Part shown: piece by piece, positions 17,543 to 24,496 of the stretch
How positions within the stretch are numbered: position 1 is the stretch's first letter
How the letters are laid out: every line of letters begins with the position of its first letter
DNA from: Burkholderiaceae bacterium
GTDB lineage: Bacteria > Pseudomonadota > Gammaproteobacteria > Burkholderiales > Burkholderiaceae_C
DNA: 37,828 bases
Assembly: GCA_041739435.1 (NCBI GenBank)
Contig: JBGSNW010000089.1
Location: forward strand, 1-37,828
Direction of reading: 5' to 3'
The notes under the pieces: model-generated
Databases searched by the model: none
Seen by the model: only the letters and a program-made list of their open reading frames with translations
Told to the model about the DNA's origin: nothing
Translations under genes and position numbers: made by a program

Positions 17543-19118
17543 TCAGGCCGGTTGGCCGGTGAGTTTGAAAATCTGAACAGCCTGGGTCAAGGCTTGCGCC
17601 TGGTGCTTGAGTTGCTGGGCGGACGCCGCCGACTCCTCCACCATGGCTGCATTCTGCTGAGTCACGGTATCGAGTTGCGCAACCGCCGAGTTCACCTCCA
17701 ATATGCCGGTCGCCTGCTCGGACGATGCGACGGAGATGCCTTCGATCAAGGTGCCCACGTCGCGCACGGCGTCCAGCACCTGCGTCATCGTCGCGCCAGC
17801 GTTTTGAACCAGCACCGTGCCCGACTCGACCCGATCAACCGACTCGCCGATCAATGTCTTGATTTCCTTGGCGGCCATTGCGCTTCGTTGCGCGAGGCTT
17901 CGCACCTCACTGGCAACGACCGCAAAACCACGCCCCTGTTCTCCAGCTCGTGCCGCCTCAACGGCCGCATTCAGCGCAAGAATGTTGGTCTGGAAGGCGA
18001 TGCCATCGATCACACCGATGATGTCCGATATTTTTCGCGACGACCCCCGAATTCCTTCCATGGTGTGCACCACCTGACCCACCGCTTCGTTCGCGCGCGC
18101 GGCCACCTGGGAAGCGTTCCCTGCCAGCGCACGGGCTTGCCCGGAGTTGTCGGCGCTCAGCTTGACCGTCGCAGTGATCTGCTCGATCGACGCCGCGGTT
18201 TGTTCCAGACTGCTCGCCTGGCTCTCGGTCCGCGACGACAGATCAAGATTGGCCGCGGCAATTTCGCCCGATGCCTGATCGATACCTTCGGCTTCTCGAC
18301 GCACGTCAGCCACCATGGCCTGCAAATTGACGTTCAACTGATTCAACGCCCGCAGCAGCAAACCTACCTGATCGGTACGTTGGGCGACCACGAGCTGGGT
18401 CAGGTCCCCTGCCGCAATCCGGTTTGCGGAAGCGATGGCCACGGTCATCGGCTGGGCAATGCCCCGCTTGACCCAAGTGGTCAGGCCCAGTGTTCCCAGC
18501 AACGCGATGCCGACACCCGCCACCCAACCCGCCGATCCGGCATGGGCCCACAACGGTGGCTGCTGCCAGGGCGAGGCCGCTGGCCAGAAACATGCCCAGG
18601 CTGACACGATCCGTCAGGGTCCGGCGCATCCATCGTGCCGTGGCAAACCATCGCCCCGCGTGTTCGACACTTCCCCGGTTCAACACGGTGGAGACGCGGC
18701 CAGCCTCTTTCTCGTCCCGCATTTTTTTATACAACGCTTCAGCGGCCTGCACCTGATCGCGGGTCGGCTTCACGCGCACAGACATGTACCCGACAGCCTT
18801 GTTGGCTTCAACCAGGGGGGTCACGTTGGCCATCACCCAATAGAAATCTCCGTCTTGCCGGCGGTTTTTTACCATCCCCGACCACGGCAGGCCACCCTGG
18901 ATGGTCTGCCACATATCGCGGAACGCCTCTTCCGGCATGTCCGGATGGCGTATCAGGTTGTGGGGCTGCCCCAGCAACTCATCCTTCGTGTAGCCGCTGA
19001 CGCGGATGAAGGCTGGGTTGCAGTAGGTGATCCGGCTTTTCAGGTCGGTCGTCGAAACCAGCATCTCGTTGTCAGGCACGATGTGCTCGCTGGACGACAC
19101 AGGATAGTTTTTTCTCAT
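17543..19118 (-). pseudogene. aer: Aer-type (PAS/FAD) aerotaxis methyl-accepting receptor, interrupted by a +1 frameshift (or an assembly indel)
   Basis: ORF 18306-19118 encodes an N-terminal PAS very close to E. coli Aer (LVSTTDLKSRITYCNPAFIRVSGYTKDELLGQPHNLIRHPDMPEEAFRDMWQTIQGGLPWSGMVKNRRQDGDFYW) plus TM1. ORF 17543-18607, in a different frame, encodes TM2, HAMP and the MCP signalling domain (FQTNILALNAAVEAARAGEQGRGFAVVASEVRSLAQRS). The frames switch at about 18544-18549. Confidence 0.75.
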
Positions 19119-19151
19119 ATTCCCCCTCCTTTGTGTTGCGCAAAAATGTGT

Positions 19152-21215
19152 TCAGTGGCTGGACAACCGGATCAACCCCGCTACATCCAGAATCAGTGCC
19201 ACGCGACCATCCCCCATGATGGTGGCACCGGAAATATTCGGAACCTTCTGGTAGTTGGACTCCAGGTTCTTCACCACCACCTGTTGTTGTCCCACCAGTT
19301 CATCAATCTCCAGTGCAATGCGACGCCCTTCGGCCTCGACGATCACCAGGATCTTGGACTTTCCGCCCAGATTCCCCGGCCGCACGCCAAACACGTCCTC
19401 GAGCACAACAACCGGCATGTACACATCCCGAACCTGCACCACACGCGACGAACCCATGACCGTGCGGATCGACGTGTCGGTCGACAGGAAGGATTCGATC
19501 ACTGAACTCAGCGGGAGGACGTAAAGCTCTTCACCCACCTTGATCGACATGCCGTCCATGATGGCCAGCGTCAACGGCAGGCGAACCGACACGCGCGTGC
19601 CATACCCCGGGGCAGAATCCAGTTCGACCGTTCCGTTCAGTGCCAGGATGTTGCGCTTGACCACGTCCATGCCCACGCCGCGCCCCGACACCTCTGTCAC
19701 GACGTCGGCCGTGGAGAACCCTGGCGCGAAGATCAGTTGCCAGACGTCCTGGTCCGACATGGAGTCGCTGACATTCAGGCCGCTGCTCCTGGCTTTGGCA
19801 AGAATACGGCTGCGGTCCAGGCCACGACCGTCATCGCGAACTTCGATCACGATCGAGCCGCCTGAGTGCTGTGCCGACAGAACGATGGTTCCGTGCGCCG
19901 GTTTTCCTGCCGCCAGTCGCTCCTGTGGCGTCTCGATGCCATGGTCCAGGGAATTTCGGACGAGGTGAGTCAGCGGGTCGGTGATCTTCTCGATCAGACT
20001 CTTGTCGAGCTCCGTGGCTTCGCCAATGGTCTCCAGCTCAACCTGCTTGGACAGCTTGCTGGCGAGGTCCCGCAACATGCGGGGGAAGCGGTTGAACACC
20101 ACCGCCATCGGGATCATCCGGATCGACATCACGGATTCCTGCAAGTGGCGCGTGTTTCGCTCCAGATCGGTCAAACCGGACAGCAGCCCCTGGTGCACGG
20201 CCGGGTCCACATTGCTGGCGCACTGCGCCAGCATGGCCTGGGTGATCACCAGTTCGCCCATGAGATTGATCAGCTGGTCCACCTTGTCGACCGAAACACG
20301 GATGGTCGTCTCCGGCGAGGTCACGACCGCCTTGTCGGTCCTGGCGGGCTTTTCAACCTTGGCCACCGCCGTGCCCTTCGAGACCTGGATGGGCAGCGAG
20401 GACGGATCGACAAAAAACCCATACGCCGCGTCTTCAACCGGCGCCGCCGGCACGGACTCGTCTTTCCACGGGCTGATCGTCACCTGTTCGCGCGCCACGT
20501 GGAAAGTGAAAAGATCAAGCAGGTCGCTGTCTGCGGCCGCCGTCGCCACCTTGAAACGCCGCGTCGACTCGGCCTGCCCGGCCAATGCAGGCGCGGCGTC
20601 GATGGTGCCCAAGCCGCCCACTTCCCGAAACAAATCGAAGAAACTGTCAACAACGGTCGGGTCGGCCAGCGCGTCCACGCGGACTTCCAGCGTGCGAGTT
20701 CCCGCAGCGTTGACGCCGACGGTCGCGGCGACCGGCGCCGACTCGGGGCTGGTTGTCGCTTCGGCCGCAGCGGGCTTGGGCGCGGGCGATGTGCCCGTGG
20801 AAAGCTCCCGGATGCTTGCCACCAGCTCACTGGTGTCCACAGCGTCAACGGCCTTTCCCTGGCGGATGTCCAGCAGTGCCTTCAATGCATCTCCGGACTC
20901 CAGCAGCGTGTCGACCATCAAGGTCGTCATGGTCAATTCATGACGGCGCAGGCGGTCCAGCAGGGTTTCCATGACGTGTGTCAAGTCCGCCACGTCCTGA
21001 AAGCCGAACGTGGCGGCGCCGCCCTTGATGGAGTGCGCGCACCGGAAAATGGCGTTCAGCGCCTCGTCATCGGGCGAGTCCACGTCCACGGCCAGCAAGA
21101 GGTCTTCCATGCTGGTCAGGTTTTCACCCGCCTCTTCAAAGAAGACCTGATAAAACTGCGTGAGGTCAAAAGCCCCCTCGTTGAGACGACCACCCTCAGA
21201 TGTCATTTCACCCAT
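19152..21215 (-). CDS. cheA: chemotaxis histidine kinase CheA
   Basis: P1 Hpt with FRCAHSIKGGAATFGF, an ATPase domain (HLVRNSLDHG, DDGRGLD, GRGVGMDVV), and a C-terminal CheW-like P5 domain. Confidence 0.95.
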   Translation of the reverse strand: MGEMTSEGGRLNEGAFDLTQFYQVFFEEAGENLTSMEDLLLAVDVDSPDDEALNAIFRCAHSIKGGAATFGFQDVADLTHVMETLLDRLRRHELTMTTLMVDTLLESGDALKALLDIRQGKAVDAVDTSELVASIRELSTGTSPAPKPAAAEATTSPESAPVAATVGVNAAGTRTLEVRVDALADPTVVDSFFDLFREVGGLGTIDAAPALAGQAESTRRFKVATAAADSDLLDLFTFHVAREQVTISPWKDESVPAAPVEDAAYGFFVDPSSLPIQVSKGTAVAKVEKPARTDKAVVTSPETTIRVSVDKVDQLINLMGELVITQAMLAQCASNVDPAVHQGLLSGLTDLERNTRHLQESVMSIRMIPMAVVFNRFPRMLRDLASKLSKQVELETIGEATELDKSLIEKITDPLTHLVRNSLDHGIETPQERLAAGKPAHGTIVLSAQHSGGSIVIEVRDDGRGLDRSRILAKARSSGLNVSDSMSDQDVWQLIFAPGFSTADVVTEVSGRGVGMDVVKRNILALNGTVELDSAPGYGTRVSVRLPLTLAIMDGMSIKVGEELYVLPLSSVIESFLSTDTSIRTVMGSSRVVQVRDVYMPVVVLEDVFGVRPGNLGGKSKILVIVEAEGRRIALEIDELVGQQQVVVKNLESNYQKVPNISGATIMGDGRVALILDVAGLIRLSSH

Positions 21216-21252
21216 ACAAACTCCTGGTTGGCGTTTTTGCCACTGACATTAA

Positions 21253-21615
21253 TTAGCGAACAACCTTGCGGATCACTTCGATCAACTTGTTCGGATCAAA
21301 CGGCTTGACCAGCCATCCCGTGGCGCCCGCCGCCCGGCCTGCCTGTTTCATCTGGTCGCTTGATTCCGTCGTGAGAATCAGGATGGGCGTGGCGCGGTAT
21401 CGGTCGGACCCCCGCAGCGCCTTGGTCAGCGACAGGCCGTCCATGCGCGGCATGTTCTGGTCGGTCAACACCAGATCGAAGGATTTGTCGGAGACTTTTT
21501 CAAGCGCATCCTGGCCATCCACGGCTTCCACCACCTGGTAGCCGGCGCTTTTCAGCGTGAATGAAACCATTTGCCGCATGGATGCGGAATCGTCAACGGC
21601 GAGAATCGAGAACAT
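21253..21615 (-). CDS. cheY: chemotaxis response regulator CheY
   Basis: Single-domain receiver: MFSILAVDDSASMR...DLVLTDQNMPRMDG...ILILTTES...GATGWLVKPF. ATG 21615 is preferred because an AGGAG RBS precedes it; the track start at 21651 adds 12 aa. Confidence 0.9.
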   Translation of the reverse strand: MFSILAVDDSASMRQMVSFTLKSAGYQVVEAVDGQDALEKVSDKSFDLVLTDQNMPRMDGLSLTKALRGSDRYRATPILILTTESSDQMKQAGRAAGATGWLVKPFDPNKLIEVIRKVVR

Positions 21616-21647
21616 GGGAAACTCCTGGAGAGATTCAAAAAGATGGA

Positions 21648-22067
21648 TCAAAAAAGCTCGACGGACCCGGCGTCCATCTCACGTTGAGCAACCGGGCAGG
21701 ACTTTTCAATGAATCTGGGCAACACGTCGTCCGATCCGTCGCCCGGCATGGCCTGTATGGCCAGCGCATCACACACGCTGTGCATGCGCCCCAGAACGTG
21801 CGCAACCAGCTGGGTTGAGAGGTCCTGAAATTGCAGGGCAATCTGCGCCGAGGTGAGAGCCGTCGCAATTTTTTCGGCCACGCCCGGGTGGCTGGCCTTG
21901 AGGTATTCAGCCTCGGCGCTCGCGGTGGAAAATTCGGCGAGCAACTGACTGCAGGCGTGGTCCAGAAGATCTTTCAGACGATCCAGATCGGTAGCAGCGA
22001 TCAAAAGCTCGTCTTGCAGCGCGACGGCCGTCATGTCTGGGCCTTGCAGAGTGAGACTGGGGTTCAT
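21648..22067 (-). CDS. short CheZ-like putative CheY-P phosphatase (139 aa)
   Basis: Contains ALQFQDLSTQLV (nt 21810-21830 for FQDLSTQ). This matches the E. coli CheZ active-site segment AQDFQDLTGQVI, with catalytic Asp and Gln four residues apart (recalled from memory). It is helical, has an acidic C-terminal peptide ending VELF, and is the first gene of the che operon. Confidence 0.5.
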   Translation of the reverse strand: MNPSLTLQGPDMTAVALQDELLIAATDLDRLKDLLDHACSQLLAEFSTASAEAEYLKASHPGVAEKIATALTSAQIALQFQDLSTQLVAHVLGRMHSVCDALAIQAMPGDGSDDVLPRFIEKSCPVAQREMDAGSVELF

Positions 22068-22219
22068 GGGCTGTTTACCAATGGTTTAATCAACGAAGCT
22101 CTTCGATCCGCCGATTCATTCGGAGTCCGGTTAAGATGGTTACGATTCTGTCCACTCCAGTCGGCTTGAAACTTGAAATGAACGGAAACGAAACCACGCA
22201 GATCTGCCCTTCTGAGAAC

Positions 22220-22246
22220 TTATCGGTAGGTCCGTGCGATCCTTTA
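22220..22246 (-). promoter_or_regulatory. candidate sigma-28 (FliA) class III promoter for the che operon
   Basis: The minus strand reads TAAAGGAT-N11-ACCGATAA against the consensus TAAAGTTT-N11-GCCGATAA. Spacing is exact and the TAAA and CCGATAA cores are intact. It sits about 150 nt upstream of the first che-operon ORF. Confidence 0.5.
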
Positions 22247-22269
22247 GCGTCAGGCAGCAGGACAAGCCC

Positions 22270-23355
22270 ATGACCGTGAATTTGTTGGTAATTGAAGATT
22301 CGGCGCTGGACTACGAAGTCATTCTTGCCACGCTTGCCGCGCAGGGCATCGCCGCCGAAGCGCTGCGGGTGCAGACCGGCGCGGAACTGGCCGCCGCGTT
22401 GCAGAATCGGGTGTGGGACATCGTCATTTCAGACCACAACCTGCCCGGCTTTTCCAGCATTGAAGCGCTGGATGCCGTGCGCGCGCTGCCCAAGCCCCCG
22501 CCTTTCATCATCGTTTCGGGCACGCTTGGCGAGGACGCCGCCGTCGAAGCCATGCGACGCGGCGCCGACGACTTCCTGATCAAGGGTCGGCTGGCCCGGT
22601 TGGGGCCGGCGTTGCGCAACGCCATGGAGAACGCCGCCCTGCGGCGCGCCAAGGCCGTTGCTGACGAAAAGCTGCGGCAATCCGAAGAGCAGCTCAGCAA
22701 CCTGACCGCCCATCTGCAGACCGTGGTGGACGAGGAGCGTGCCGAGATCGCCCGTGAGATCCACGATGACGTGGGCGGCACCCTGACCGCGCTCAAGTTC
22801 GAGTTTTCCCTGATCGAGAAACACATCGACGACGCCCTGAAGCCCCGGGTGCGGCGCGCGCTCGAAACCCTGGGTTATGCCATGGAGGCCAGTCAGCGGA
22901 TCATGCGCAACCTGCATCCGCCGATCCTCGACGCCGGCCTGGTGCCCGCCATTGAATGGCAGGTGCGGCAGTTTCAGGACAGAACCGGCATCAGCGCGCG
23001 ATTCCGCTCCAACGTGGACACGGTCGAAGTCAAGCCTTCCATTGCCATGACCGTCTACCGCGTCTGTCAGGAAACCCTGACCAACATCTCCAAACACGCC
23101 GGGGCCAGCCGCGTCGAGGTCGACCTGCACTACGACGACGGCTTTTTGTCCATGGAAGTCACCGATGACGGCCGCGGCATCACCGACGCCGATCTGCGCA
23201 AGGCAGGTTCGTTCGGACTGCGTGGACTTGCCGAGCGCGCGCGCAAGGTCAACGGCCTGCTCGACCTCTCGTCGGTGGGCGAGCGAACGACGGTGATGCT
23301 GTCGCTGCCGCTGAACGAGACGGCCATTTCAAATTTTGGGGAATTGTCAGAGTGA
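22270..23355 (+). CDS. cytoplasmic histidine kinase with N-terminal receiver domain (REC-HisKA_3-HATPase_c, NarX/UhpB-like)
   Basis: REC: NLLVIEDSALD...DIVISDHNLPGFSS...FIIVSG...FLIKG. HisKA_3 H-box: ERAEIAREIHDDVGGTLTAL. ATPase: ETLTNISKHAGAS, VTDDGRGI, GLRGLAERA. No TM segment is visible. ATG 22270 is preferred over GTG 22234. Confidence 0.85.
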   Translation: MTVNLLVIEDSALDYEVILATLAAQGIAAEALRVQTGAELAAALQNRVWDIVISDHNLPGFSSIEALDAVRALPKPPPFIIVSGTLGEDAAVEAMRRGADDFLIKGRLARLGPALRNAMENAALRRAKAVADEKLRQSEEQLSNLTAHLQTVVDEERAEIAREIHDDVGGTLTALKFEFSLIEKHIDDALKPRVRRALETLGYAMEASQRIMRNLHPPILDAGLVPAIEWQVRQFQDRTGISARFRSNVDTVEVKPSIAMTVYRVCQETLTNISKHAGASRVEVDLHYDDGFLSMEVTDDGRGITDADLRKAGSFGLRGLAERARKVNGLLDLSSVGERTTVMLSLPLNETAISNFGELSE

Positions 23356-23984
23356 TCCGCATCATCTTGCTCGACGACCATGCGCTGATCCGGCGCGGCC
23401 TCAGGGAAACGCTGAGCGAGGAAACCGATTTCCGCATCGTGGGCGAGGCCAGCGACTACGGCGAGTTGCGCGAACTTCTTCGCAAGGTGGAGTGCGACGT
23501 GCTGCTCCTCGACATGAACCTGCCCGGGCGGTCCGGACTGGACGTGCTGAAAGTCCTGGCCGACGAGGGCTCGCCCATCCGTTGCCTGGTTGTGTCCATG
23601 TATCCGGAAGACCAATACGCCCTGCGGGCGCTCAAGGCCGGCGCGTTGGGTTACGTGAACAAATCGGCGGAAACCAGCGTGCTGCTGCAGGCCGTCCGCA
23701 CGGTGGCCATGGGCCGCAAGTACATCACGCCCGAGATCGCGTCCGCCCTGGTCGAAACGCTGACCGCGCCCACCGACTCCAAACCCCACGAACGCCTGTC
23801 CGATCGCGAATACCAGACAATGATCCTGATCGCGTCGGGCTACAAACTTTCGGAAATCGCGGAAAAGCTCACGCTCTCACCCAAGACCGTCAGCGTCTAC
23901 CGGGCACGTCTTCTGGAAAAGATGACCTTGTCCAACAACGCCGAACTCACCCATTACGCGCTCAAGAACGACCTGCTGTCGTAG
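23352..23984 (+). CDS. NarL/FixJ (LuxR-type HTH) family response regulator
   Basis: The GTG start overlaps the kinase stop (GTGA). REC: IRIILLDDHALIR...DVLLLDMNLPGRSG...LVVSM. C-terminal LuxR HTH: LSDREYQTMILIASGYKLSEIAEKLTLSPKTVSVYRARLLEKM. Confidence 0.9.
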   Translation: MIRIILLDDHALIRRGLRETLSEETDFRIVGEASDYGELRELLRKVECDVLLLDMNLPGRSGLDVLKVLADEGSPIRCLVVSMYPEDQYALRALKAGALGYVNKSAETSVLLQAVRTVAMGRKYITPEIASALVETLTAPTDSKPHERLSDREYQTMILIASGYKLSEIAEKLTLSPKTVSVYRARLLEKMTLSNNAELTHYALKNDLLS

Positions 23985-24056
23985 GCGCGCACCTGCAACG
24001 ACGAGCAGGCGCGTTGAGGCACGGTGAGCGGGCACCCACCAAAAACCTGCCCCCAC

Positions 24057-24422
24057 TCAGCCCGCTTCAACACCCGGGTAGCGAGCGCGCAACAGGCTTG
24101 CACTGCGCTGCGCCCGGCCCGCAAGTGCCGCCCCCGCCGATTGCGCGGTTTCCAGCTGGCTTTCCTTCGCCGCCGTCTCGATCTTGCGGGCGAGGTCTGT
24201 CAGGTGAAGGTCCTGCAGGTTGGCGGCGCCGCCCCAGAGTTTGTGCGCCGTTGCACCGGCAGCGGCCAGGTCACTCGCAGCCAGTGCCTGCGCAATCAGG
24301 CCTGCGTCCCGGGCCAGCGAGGTGAGGTAAAGGCCCACCACCCGCCCCCGGATGGTTTCGGGCAGGCGATCGATAAAGGCAAACATGGCGGCTGAATCAT
24401 CAGCATCGGGCGAAAAAGTCAC
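24057..24422 (-). CDS. stand-alone histidine phosphotransfer (Hpt) protein
   Basis: 121-aa helical ORF with an Hpt-like motif ATAHKLWGGAANL (compare HxLKGSAxxxG). It has a GTG start with a GGAG RBS 8 nt upstream and lies 74 nt downstream of the hybrid kinase. Confidence 0.6.
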   Translation of the reverse strand: MTFSPDADDSAAMFAFIDRLPETIRGRVVGLYLTSLARDAGLIAQALAASDLAAAGATAHKLWGGAANLQDLHLTDLARKIETAAKESQLETAQSAGAALAGRAQRSASLLRARYPGVEAG

Positions 24423-24496
24423 GTCGACATCTCCAAAATATTCGTCTCCAGTGCACGTTGCCAGCCCGCGACCGCATCGATTCAGGGTTGCTGAAT

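Noticed and set aside
22225-22236. GGTAGGtCCGTG resembles the tRNA 3' end GGTAGGCCGTG (26876-26886 on the plus strand). It sits exactly at the che/signalling-module boundary, hinting that 22.2-26.9 kb could be a tRNA-targeted islet.
   Set aside because: The match is only 11 nt with an indel. There is no integrase, excisionase or mobility gene, and no visible compositional shift. It also overlaps the sigma-28 -10 region. Insufficient to call a mobile element.
23985-24056. Imperfect GC hairpin (CCTGC...GCAGG with flanking CGC/GCG) between the convergent regulator and Hpt genes.
   Set aside because: The stem is short and mismatched, with no U-tract on either strand. I cannot support it as a terminator.
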